64,000 nucleotides of DNA from Candidatus Staskawiczbacteria bacterium (GTDB lineage Bacteria > Patescibacteriota > Minisyncoccia > Minisyncoccales > Staskawiczbacteraceae), in the NCBI GenBank assembly GCA_903928565.1, contig CAIYRH010000015.1, positions 11,569 through 75,568 of the forward strand, read 5' to 3'. Of this stretch, positions 55,803 to 64,000 are shown one piece after another. Within the stretch, counting starts at the first letter, position 1. Every line of letters starts with the position of its first letter. A program made the translations under genes and the position numbers. The notes beneath the pieces are model-generated. The model was not told where the DNA came from and ran no database searches. It worked only from the letters and a program-made list of their open reading frames with translations.

Positions 55803-56867
55803 TCATAGTCCGCGCCTAGCTTTTCTAAACCGCTCAATTATATAATTGAGCCAGTATTTTTTAGAAACAACAAAATCTTGCGTTTTAATATACTCTTGTT
55901 TGTAGCCCCCAAAACCCATTTTAAATAGCGTTGGGCCCGCCCACGGATGCGCAGGAAATTTGTCCGGGTCTGTAAAACCCCAAAAATCATAAATTTTACA
56001 ATGCCTATTTTTTGCCTCTTTAATTGCTTCCCATTGTAATAAATAAGGAATAGATAGTTTGGAAAATTTTCCAACAGACGCAGCTTGGTGATAAAAGGCT
56101 ATTCCAGACCAAAAAATAATGATTGCTCCTGCCACAACTTCGCCCTTATATTTTCCAAACATAAAAACAACTTCCTTATTTTTGTTAAACGTTGTAAATT
56201 CGTTGTTTATAAATTCGTCTGAAAATGGAACAAAACCCTGCCTTTTAGATACTTCTTTATTTAATTTCTGATAAATTTTAATGTCTTCTGGGTTTGTGCT
56301 TTTTTCAATAACTACATCTGGGTTTTCTGAAACTTTTTTAATTAAATAGCGCGTTGTTTTGCGCATATTGCTTAAAAGTTCGGCCTCGGGTAAATAAACG
56401 TCTAGCTTCCAGGTTGATTCGTACGACGAAGAGTGCATGGGGGCTTCTCTAAACCCCAAGTCTAAAAATAAATTTCGGTTTTCTAAATTATCAAAGAAAA
56501 GCGGTGAAACCCTTATAAAACTGGCGTTTTCTTTTTGTGCAATGTGATTTAATTGAACCAGAATTATTTCAAAAATTTCTTTTTTATCTTTAATTGGCAA
56601 GCTTTCAATTACTACTGGACCATGTGGAATAAATAAAAAAGTGCCCCTTTTTGCAGAAATTTTGTTAACAAAAACAACGGCAATTAATTTATTAGCGCTG
56701 TAGACGCCAAGTCTCCAAATTTTACCTTGGCTCGCCGAAGCTTTAGCGGAAGTGGCGCCAAGCGCACAAACTTCTGCCCAATCCCATGATTGCAAAAAAG
56801 TCTTTTCAGAGCGCTCTGAAAGAAAATCTTCCCATTCTTCCCTATTTGTGATTTCTCTAATTTCCAT
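55803..56867 (-). CDS. FemABX family peptidyl transferase
   Basis: FLQSWDW, PHGPV, TTRYLIKK, LQWEAI, YDFWG, FKMGFGG. Confidence 0.92.
   Translation of the reverse strand: MEIREITNREEWEDFLSERSEKTFLQSWDWAEVCALGATSAKASASQGKIWRLGVYSANKLIAVVFVNKISAKRGTFLFIPHGPVVIESLPIKDKKEIFEIILVQLNHIAQKENASFIRVSPLFFDNLENRNLFLDLGFREAPMHSSSYESTWKLDVYLPEAELLSNMRKTTRYLIKKVSENPDVVIEKSTNPEDIKIYQKLNKEVSKRQGFVPFSDEFINNEFTTFNKNKEVVFMFGKYKGEVVAGAIIIFWSGIAFYHQAASVGKFSKLSIPYLLQWEAIKEAKNRHCKIYDFWGFTDPDKFPAHPWAGPTLFKMGFGGYKQEYIKTQDFVVSKKYWLNYIIERFRKARRGL
56725..56756 (-). repeat. Family A palindromic element in-frame in FemABX gene
   Basis: GCCACTTCCGCTAAAGCTTCGGCGAGCCAAGG; encodes ATSAKASASQG. Confidence 0.8.
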
Positions 56868-57324
56868 TTAAAATGCTTTTTAATGTTTTATATTGGTCAT
56901 CAAATAAAACTATATTAACTTCTGGATCCTTGCCAGAGCTAATTGGATAAATTGAATCGTCTTTTCCCACAAAAATAAACTTATTAAGAGCATCTGTGTG
57001 AATTTTTGCTAATTTAAGCAACTTTTCGTTAATGGTGGCTAAATAATTATATGTTTCCCATGCCTTACCAGCTTCTTCAAAATTATTTTTTGCAATTAGT
57101 TTAATTTTTGAAAAATCAAAATTTTTAAAAAAAACTATGCCCAGTTCTTCTTTACATTCTCTCAAGAGAGCTTCTTGATCGTCCTCATTTGCTTCAATCC
57201 CTCCTGCCCAAGTGCCCTGACAAACAAAAGGAAACGAATCTTTTATAGACCGTTTTTGCAATGCCACTTTTCCCTTATTCTTCCCATTTCCCAGTATTAT
57301 CCATGCAGAAATTGTTCTGGTCAT
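56857..57324 (-). CDS. NUDIX hydrolase
   Basis: GGIEANEDDQEALLRECKEELG Nudix box. Confidence 0.8.
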   Translation of the reverse strand: MTRTISAWIILGNGKNKGKVALQKRSIKDSFPFVCQGTWAGGIEANEDDQEALLRECKEELGIVFFKNFDFSKIKLIAKNNFEEAGKAWETYNYLATINEKLLKLAKIHTDALNKFIFVGKDDSIYPISSGKDPEVNIVLFDDQYKTLKSILNGN

Positions 57325-57770
57325 TGATTTTTTATGTAAAATTTATTTTGCAAATAATTATCTATTACCATAAAACTTGGAAAATATCGTGGGTACGGCA
57401 AATCTGTCAGGGGAAACCATTTCCATTCAATTATTTCATCGGGTTCCATTACCTGGGCTTCACCAACCCATTCTTTGGCAACCATGCCTGCTGTAAGAAA
57501 ATGAGCGTGTTCATTTTTGCAATTATGCATTGAAATTACCACGGGGTCTTTAATGTCAATTCCAGTTTCTTCTTTAACTTCTCTAATGGCACCTTCTTCT
57601 AAAGTTTCGCCAAAATCTAGTTTTCCGCCCGGTAAACACCACTCGCCGGCGCTTCTAAATGCCGAGTCTGCTTTGACTGGGTCTGGGTGGCGCATGCCAA
57701 GCAAAATTTTGCCGTCTTTTTCCAAAATTACGCCCAACCCGGCGCCAACTCTCTTTTTTTCTTCCGCCAT
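57321..57770 (-). CDS. NUDIX hydrolase (MutT/NUDT15-like)
   Basis: PGGKLDFGETLEEGAIREVKEETG, EPDEIIEWKWF. Confidence 0.9.
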   Translation of the reverse strand: MAEEKKRVGAGLGVILEKDGKILLGMRHPDPVKADSAFRSAGEWCLPGGKLDFGETLEEGAIREVKEETGIDIKDPVVISMHNCKNEHAHFLTAGMVAKEWVGEAQVMEPDEIIEWKWFPLTDLPYPRYFPSFMVIDNYLQNKFYIKNQ

Positions 57771-57782
57771 AATATTTATTAA

Positions 57783-59078
57783 TTAATTATATTTTTTTAG
57801 GAAGTTAACAATTCTTTCGGCGTTTTTTCTTGAAATGTTTATGTGCGTGGGTAAATTTAGCGTTTCTTTGGCAAGAGTTTCTGCATTTGGGCAACTGCCT
57901 TGTGTGTATTTTATTTCTTCCATTTTTGTATCAAATGGTGCTATTGGAGTTGTGTACCAGTCCCCCAACAAAATATTTTGCTTGTGCCAGGCCTCGTAAA
58001 TTATTTCGTGGGCCTTTTTGTGTTTTACAGTAAAGCGCAAAAAAATGTTTTTTCTTTCGGGAAATCCATTTGGTAATTGAAAAGAAGTATTTTTTAAATG
58101 TTCGTAATAATATTCCGAAATTTTTTTTCTAAAACTGTTAAATTTATCAAGTTTATAAAACTGATTCAATGCAAGCATGGCAAGTGCGTTTGGCAAAGCT
58201 TTTGGAAAATAATCGGGGCGCTGGCCTTGTTTTTCTTGCCAACTAACTGCTTTAGATAAAATGTGGAACCACTGCGAAAATACTAAAAATATCTTTCCTA
58301 AATCTAAAAAATTGTAAATTGGTAAAACAACGTAATTTAAATATATGGGGTGCATTAATTGCTGAAACGTCCAAAAGCGCGAAGGTTGAGCAAATTCCTT
58401 TTGTCTCCCTTCGGGAGATCTGCCGTAGGCAGATAATTCTTCCAACTTTTTGGCAAGTTCTTCATCATTTGTGGTAACCATTCCGCCATAAACCGAGGAA
58501 ATTACTTTGTCTCTGCCAAAACTGAAAAATGCAGCCTTGCTGTTAGCGCCCACCTTAAGGCCGTTAAACTCCGAACCCAGTGAATGGGCGCAATCTTCTA
58601 TTAAAATAAGCTTGTAGGCGCCACAAATGGCCCTAATTACGTCCATATTAGCCGGAAGTCCAAAAGTATGCTGGACAATAACAACACGCGTCTTGGGCGT
58701 AATTTTGGCCTCTAGATCGGTTGGGCTTATGTTAAAGTCATCTTTGTTGCAATCAACGTAAATTGGCTCTAAACCCGCCCACAAAACGGGGTTTGGAACA
58801 GCATTGCAGGTGAAAGCTTGAAGCAACACTTCATCGCCAGCTTTTAACCCTTCAACTGCGCTAAGAGCCTTAAGAATTGCAAAAAAAGAACTTCTGCCCG
58901 AATTAAACGAAAAAGCATATTTAACGCCAAGATATTTTTTAAATTCGGTTTCTAACTCTTTTATTGCCTTGCCTTTTCGCCACAACCACGGCCGAATAAT
59001 TAAATTTAGCGCAAGATGCAAATCATCTTTTTCTACGTTTGGGCTTAACGAAATTGAAATCGGCTTAAAATAACTCAT
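57783..59078 (-). CDS. DegT/DnrJ/EryC1/StrS PLP aminotransferase family protein
   Basis: NSGRS, IEDCAHSLG, SFGRDK, LNLPTH. Confidence 0.9.
   Translation of the reverse strand: MSYFKPISISLSPNVEKDDLHLALNLIIRPWLWRKGKAIKELETEFKKYLGVKYAFSFNSGRSSFFAILKALSAVEGLKAGDEVLLQAFTCNAVPNPVLWAGLEPIYVDCNKDDFNISPTDLEAKITPKTRVVIVQHTFGLPANMDVIRAICGAYKLILIEDCAHSLGSEFNGLKVGANSKAAFFSFGRDKVISSVYGGMVTTNDEELAKKLEELSAYGRSPEGRQKEFAQPSRFWTFQQLMHPIYLNYVVLPIYNFLDLGKIFLVFSQWFHILSKAVSWQEKQGQRPDYFPKALPNALAMLALNQFYKLDKFNSFRKKISEYYYEHLKNTSFQLPNGFPERKNIFLRFTVKHKKAHEIIYEAWHKQNILLGDWYTTPIAPFDTKMEEIKYTQGSCPNAETLAKETLNLPTHINISRKNAERIVNFLKKYN
58402..58436. repeat. Double-hairpin element in-frame in the DegT gene
   Basis: TCTCCC-TTCG-GGAGA plus ATCTGCC-GTA-GGCAGAT; encodes LSAYGRSPEGRQ. 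Confidence 0.75.
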
Positions 59079-60679
59079 TCTGTTAGAAGTTTAATTAATT
59101 TTGCTGGCACCCTGCCTTCTAATAAAACCGCATCGCCCTCTTTGCAAAAAAGCGTAATCATTGAATAAATATCTTGTGGCTTATTGCACAATACGCACTT
59201 ACCTTTATATTTGCCTGTCTTTTTAAAACCCTCTTCTATTTCTTTAAATTTATCTTTGTTGGTTATTATTGCTAGGTCGCAAATTTTGCCAATTTTTCTG
59301 CCAATTTTTTCGTGAATTTCTGAAGATTTTGTGCCCAACTCTATTAAACATGGCATAACAATAACTTTTTTGTTTGCAAAAATTGATAAATATTCTAAGT
59401 CAGCTAAAACTCCGTCGGGGTTTGCAGAATATGATGAATCGATGATATATATATTGTGTTTTCCTTTTTTTAAAATGGCCCCGGCGCTTTTTGAAGAAAT
59501 ATTTTTGCAAGCTTCAGAAATATCACCAAAATTTATACCCAGCTCGCTTGCTATTAAAATTGCCCCTAAAAGATTTTGCACGTTTTGTTTGCCCAAAACA
59601 TTTACACCAAAATGAGCTAAATCACCCAACTTATTAATAGCCAAAAACGAAATGTTGTCTTTATGAACAGTAACGCTGTCTGACCAAATGTCGGCATCTA
59701 TTATTTTATTACTCAAGCTATAAACCCTTTTTAGGCCTTTAAAATTTTTATAAAGATCTAAACAATATTTATTGTCACCATTTACAAACAAGGTTCCATC
59801 TTGGGGCAGAGCTTCTGCCAATTCGCCACCACCTTCGGCCATAAGTAGGTTTTTCATAGAGCCAAAAAGCGCCAAGTGCTGTTCGTTAACCCCCGTGACA
59901 ACTCCTATTTTCGGCTGGGTTATTTCACATAATAATTTTATTTCACCTTTTCTGTAAGCTGCCATTTCAACAATAAAAATTTCGTGTTCGGGCTTTAAAT
60001 CTTTTAAAATTGTTGCTGCAATTCCAATTTCTGTGTTAGTGTTGCCAGAAGTTTTTAAAACTTTATATTTTTTAGATAAAAATTCATAAAGAAATTCTTT
60101 GGTTGAGCTTTTTCCATAAGAGCCGGTTATTCCTATAACTGTAAGGTTTTTGCTTTGTTTTATTTTTTCCTTCGCTTTTTTATATATCGATTTTTTAATC
60201 AATAAAGTTGGAATTTGTAATAATTCTGTTATTAACAATGTTGCCAAAGGCAGAGTTATTTCTACTATAACAATAAATAAAAATAAATTATTTATAAATA
60301 TAGTCGCACAAAAAGCCAAAATAGCCATAGGCAAAAGTAACAAAATGATAGCTTTTTTGGTGAATTTTGGGGTGCTCCATCGCTTTTTAAGCAACAAAAT
60401 TACAGAATATAAGCCAAGCAAACAAAAAATTACTAAAACCATACTATTCCAAACAAGTAAGCCTTTATATTTTAAGAAAATTGGTAGTAATAATAAAATT
60501 ATAACAGGAATAACTGCCATGCTTGGAAAAATGGCTTTTGCAAAGCGTTTTGCATCGCCTAGCATTCTATCGACTCGATATTCTTTTAGTTGCCAAAAAT
60601 AAATACAATAAAATACTTTTTGTATTGCATGAGTTGCCCAAAATAAAATAAGAATATAAATAATATAGCTTAAAAACAT
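59075..60679 (-). CDS. murF: MurF ligase with N-terminal TM segments
   Basis: GITGSYGKSSTKE, NTEIG, EMAA, DSSYSANP, ELG...HEKIG. Confidence 0.9.
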   Translation of the reverse strand: MFLSYIIYILILFWATHAIQKVFYCIYFWQLKEYRVDRMLGDAKRFAKAIFPSMAVIPVIILLLLPIFLKYKGLLVWNSMVLVIFCLLGLYSVILLLKKRWSTPKFTKKAIILLLLPMAILAFCATIFINNLFLFIVIVEITLPLATLLITELLQIPTLLIKKSIYKKAKEKIKQSKNLTVIGITGSYGKSSTKEFLYEFLSKKYKVLKTSGNTNTEIGIAATILKDLKPEHEIFIVEMAAYRKGEIKLLCEITQPKIGVVTGVNEQHLALFGSMKNLLMAEGGGELAEALPQDGTLFVNGDNKYCLDLYKNFKGLKRVYSLSNKIIDADIWSDSVTVHKDNISFLAINKLGDLAHFGVNVLGKQNVQNLLGAILIASELGINFGDISEACKNISSKSAGAILKKGKHNIYIIDSSYSANPDGVLADLEYLSIFANKKVIVMPCLIELGTKSSEIHEKIGRKIGKICDLAIITNKDKFKEIEEGFKKTGKYKGKCVLCNKPQDIYSMITLFCKEGDAVLLEGRVPAKLIKLLTE

Positions 60680-60680
60680 T

Positions 60681-61658
60681 TTATTTTTTAACTGCTTTAA
60701 TTATTTCGTAAATTTTATACCAAAAATTATTAAAAATTATATCAACGCCCTCTGGATATTCAAGCTCGGTGCCACCAAAACCCTTTTTAAAAGAAGTTAA
60801 TGTTGGCCATTTTTTTTCATCTATACCCCATAAATCTAATTCTTTAAAGCCGCTTTTCTTGGCATGTAAAAGAATTTCCCAGTTTAAAAGGTTAGAGGCT
60901 TTAACGTTTCTAAACTGATAATCTGAGCCAGAATGCAAAGTGGTTGCCCTGTTATTAAAAAACAAAACTATTGTTGCATTTGTGGTTTTATTATTATATT
61001 TTGCTGAAAATAACGAAGCTTTTATGGCGCTATTATTAATTTCAAAAATTTCTTTATAGTGTTTTTCTGAATAAATGCCAAATTCTTGCCTGTTTTTTGT
61101 TTTTTCTAGAAGGCCATAAAACTCTGGAGAATAAATGCTAGATTCTTTAATTGTAACGCCGGTTCTTTTTGCTAAACCAATATTATATTTAGTAGTTCTG
61201 CTAAAAGTTTTAAATAATTCGTCTTCTGTTTTAGTAGGGTCTAAAATTAGCGTTTTTTTTGGCTGTACGCGTCTTGGTGGTGTTTTTACTTTATATTTTT
61301 CTATGCCCTCTATTAAACCTAACGGCTCTATTCTTAAAAAAATGCAATTTTCTGTAACTGATAATTCTTTTAGTTTATCAATAATATAGTTTATTGCCTG
61401 GGCTTTATGCGTTGCACTTAAATTATTTTTAAATACCGGGCCAAAAGCAATGTAAAAATAATTTTTAGATAAAGATGTTTCTTTTGTAAGCTGAACTTGG
61501 GCAACTATAATATTATTTTCTGTAATTACAATTCTGAAAATTTTCTGGCCGGCCCGTTGTTGCAGTTGACCCCACTCGAAGGTTTGCAAAAAACTGCCGT
61601 TATTTTCTACAACAAAATTGTTCCATTCTTCTTTGTTCTCGCAAAAGTGTGAATCCAT
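60681..61658 (-). CDS. FemABX family peptidyl transferase (second)
   Basis: FLQTFEWG, GPV, FLRIEP, TKYNI, DLWG, FKKGFGG. Confidence 0.9.
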   Translation of the reverse strand: MDSHFCENKEEWNNFVVENNGSFLQTFEWGQLQQRAGQKIFRIVITENNIIVAQVQLTKETSLSKNYFYIAFGPVFKNNLSATHKAQAINYIIDKLKELSVTENCIFLRIEPLGLIEGIEKYKVKTPPRRVQPKKTLILDPTKTEDELFKTFSRTTKYNIGLAKRTGVTIKESSIYSPEFYGLLEKTKNRQEFGIYSEKHYKEIFEINNSAIKASLFSAKYNNKTTNATIVLFFNNRATTLHSGSDYQFRNVKASNLLNWEILLHAKKSGFKELDLWGIDEKKWPTLTSFKKGFGGTELEYPEGVDIIFNNFWYKIYEIIKAVKK

Positions 61659-61664
61659 TTAGAA

Positions 61665-62414
61665 TTATATATTTTCTAAAATTTTCTCGACTAAAATTTC
61701 CGGACATTCTTTATTCAAAATGTGTCCAGCTCCATTTATTACAACCAATTTAGAATTTTTTATTTTGCTGTGCATAAAATGAGCATCGTCAATGGGCGTT
61801 GATTGATCTTTATCGCCCCAAATAATGACAGTTGGAGTCCTAATAAAACCTGTAAACTGAGAAAGGTCTTCGGCAATAACGTTTTTATAGGTTTCTTTCA
61901 TTTGGTCGGGCACATGGACATAATCACTTTTCCTTATTATAAACTTATAAAAAGCTTTTCTAAATAAGTCGTAAAATGGTACAAACGAAAATATTTTTAC
62001 AATTTTAGAAATATTTCTATATGTTGATTTTGTTGCTGTTTTCTTTCTAACAGAGGCTGCAGCCACTAGAAACAACTTCTTAACTTTTTGCGGGTATTTT
62101 ATTGCCAATTTACATGCCAAAGCACCACCAAAAGAGTGCCCCATTAAATAAAATTCATCTAAATTAAGTTGTTTTACAAACTCGTCTACCCAATTGGTGT
62201 AGTTGTTCATGTTCCACGGCGCCGTTAGTGCGTCTGATTTCCCAAAACCAGGCATATCGGGAACAATAACCTTCAGGCCTTTTTCGGCAATAAGTTCTGC
62301 AACTGGTTGCCAGCGTTCGGAATTTGAACCCCAGCCGTGTAAAATTAAAAAGGGCTTACCCTCGCCAAATGTTTGATAATTTGTTTTAATTCCGTTTATA
62401 TTTATTTCTGGCAT
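61665..62414 (-). CDS. Alpha/beta hydrolase
   Basis: LHGWG, DMPGFG, GHSFGG, WGDKD, AGH. Confidence 0.9.
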   Translation of the reverse strand: MPEININGIKTNYQTFGEGKPFLILHGWGSNSERWQPVAELIAEKGLKVIVPDMPGFGKSDALTAPWNMNNYTNWVDEFVKQLNLDEFYLMGHSFGGALACKLAIKYPQKVKKLFLVAAASVRKKTATKSTYRNISKIVKIFSFVPFYDLFRKAFYKFIIRKSDYVHVPDQMKETYKNVIAEDLSQFTGFIRTPTVIIWGDKDQSTPIDDAHFMHSKIKNSKLVVINGAGHILNKECPEILVEKILENI

Positions 62415-62425
62415 AACTTTAAACT

Positions 62426-63676
62426 TTATGACTTTATCACTTTAAAACCCGTGTATTTTTGTAAAACTTTTGGCACTTTAATTGAGCCATCTTTTTGTTG
62501 GTAATTTTCCATTATCATTATTAAAATTCTTCCGATTGCAAAAGCCGTTCCGTTTAAGGTATGTACAAAATTAATTTTACCAGATTTGTCGCGGTAGCGA
62601 ATGTTTAATCTGCGGGCCTGAAAGTCTGTGCAATTTGAGCACGAATGAGTTTCGCGGTATTTTTCTTCACTAGGAAGCCATGCTTCAATGTCGTATTTTT
62701 TTGCCGCCGGTGCACCCAGGTCGCCAGTGCAAATATTTATAACTTGATAGGGCAATTTTAGTGCCTTCATTAATTTTTCTTCAACCGAAAAAATTAATTC
62801 GTGCTCTTTTTTTGACTCATCTGGTTTTGAAAAAATAACCATTTCTAATTTATCAAATTGGTGCACACGCAAAATTCCTTTTGTGTCTTTGCCATAACTG
62901 CCCGCCTCGCGTCTAAAGCAAGTTGAATAACCAACATATCGCAAAGGTAAATCTGATTCATCTAAAATTTCTCCGGCATACATGGCAACTAAAGATTGCT
63001 CTGAAGTGCCGGCCAAAAATACTTTGTCTTCAGCAAAATAGTAGGCTTCTTTTTCATCTGTGGCCTCTAAATAACCCGTGCCCTTTGCCATTTCTTCTTT
63101 TAATAAAACAGGTGGAATTATTGGAATAAATTTATCTTTCTTTACGGTTTCCATTACTAATTGTATTAGGGCAAATTGAAGCATTGCCAAGTCGCCCTTT
63201 ATGTAACCAAATCTGGGTCCTGAAACTTTTCCCGCTCTTTCTGTGTCAATTAAATCTAAATTTTCGCCTAAATCCATGTAATTTTGGGGCTTTGAAAACA
63301 TAAACATAGGCTTATGCCCCACATGTCTTACAACAACGTTTTCTGAATCGTCTTTACCAACCGGCACTTCATCAAACGGAATGTTGGGCAGGCGTAAAAG
63401 TAAACTTTTTAATTCTGCATTAACCCCCTCGAGCTGAGGCTCCATTGATTTTATTTTTTCCTTAATTTCTTTTGCCTGTACAAAAATATCTTTATTTTCT
63501 GCTCCCCCACGGCTAATTTTATTTTGCTCGGCTTTTAGTATTTCCATTTCTGTCATTAATTCCCTTTTTTCTTTGTCTAAACCTAAAACCCTGTCAACGT
63601 CAACGTTAACATTTTTATTTTTGCAGGCAACTTTGACCTTTTGCGAATTTTCCCTAATAAAATTTATATCTAACAT
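62426..63676 (-). CDS. serS: Serine--tRNA ligase
   Basis: MLDINFIR, GTSEQ, FRREAGSYGKDTKGILRVHQFDK, SNCTDFQARRL, HTLNGT. Confidence 0.97.
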   Translation of the reverse strand: MLDINFIRENSQKVKVACKNKNVNVDVDRVLGLDKEKRELMTEMEILKAEQNKISRGGAENKDIFVQAKEIKEKIKSMEPQLEGVNAELKSLLLRLPNIPFDEVPVGKDDSENVVVRHVGHKPMFMFSKPQNYMDLGENLDLIDTERAGKVSGPRFGYIKGDLAMLQFALIQLVMETVKKDKFIPIIPPVLLKEEMAKGTGYLEATDEKEAYYFAEDKVFLAGTSEQSLVAMYAGEILDESDLPLRYVGYSTCFRREAGSYGKDTKGILRVHQFDKLEMVIFSKPDESKKEHELIFSVEEKLMKALKLPYQVINICTGDLGAPAAKKYDIEAWLPSEEKYRETHSCSNCTDFQARRLNIRYRDKSGKINFVHTLNGTAFAIGRILIMIMENYQQKDGSIKVPKVLQKYTGFKVIKS

Positions 63677-63824
63677 ATTGTGGTAGTTTAATAAATTAAT
63701 AATATCAAAAATACAACAACCAGTAAACCCATTGACAATAATTACTATAGATGCTAAAAATCAAGTGAGCATGATTCGCGCAGTGCGAAATGTCTGCTCA
63801 TCGGATCATTACCAACCTCACACC

Positions 63825-64000
63825 ATGAAACCAAAACACGTTTTTTGGGCAACACTGTTTATTTCGCTAGGCGTCTGTGCGACGTGGCCAATCAGAAACG
63901 AAGTTGCCATCTATAATCAAGGTTTGCCTTCAGCCGCAGTCATCGACCTCAAGGATTTCTCCGGCCGAATTTTCCCGAGCGAGAAGGTGCACCCGGGAAC
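63825..64000 (+). CDS. Partial orphan ORF with N-terminal TM/signal (runs off window)
   Basis: MKPKHVFWATLFISLGVCATWPI... open to the end; GC-richer; in-frame ATG also at 63771. Confidence 0.5.
   Translation, partial: MKPKHVFWATLFISLGVCATWPIRNEVAIYNQGLPSAAVIDLKDFSGRIFPSEKVHPG

Noticed and set aside
207..63129. Numerous short antisense or overlapping ORFs in the six-frame track
   Set aside because: Shadows of well-supported genes, with no motifs or start signals

Overview
AT-rich bacterial chromosomal segment. Gene content and style (short AspS, stand-alone LAGLIDADG ORF, Cys-rich repeat protein, VirD4/HerA-like ATPase, few Shine-Dalgarno sites in housekeeping genes) suggest Patescibacteria/CPR (Parcubacteria-like); this is inference. 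It carries translation genes (rplU, prmC, efp, tyrS, aspS, rplI, rpmA, gltX, serS, tRNA-Ala), peptidoglycan/division genes (murC/D/F/G, mraY, ftsW, ftsQ, two FemABX, two DD-carboxypeptidases, uppS), a MacAB-like exporter, a P-type ATPase, pyrG, metK and a lexA-dinB cassette. Gene orientation flips from mostly + to almost all - at about 42-43 kb, next to a Xer recombinase, so this is probably the replication terminus. Most interesting: (1) two unrelated orphan genes next to the Xer gene share a homologous 72-bp promoter/leader and a homologous terminator plus TTGTGCGACAA motif, like interchangeable cassettes; (2) nearly every orphan gene in the window has a boxA-like leader motif and its own terminator; (3) several families of short palindromic elements are inserted in-frame in housekeeping proteins and in a T-box leader. 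No CRISPR array, reverse transcriptase, transposase or rRNA was seen.
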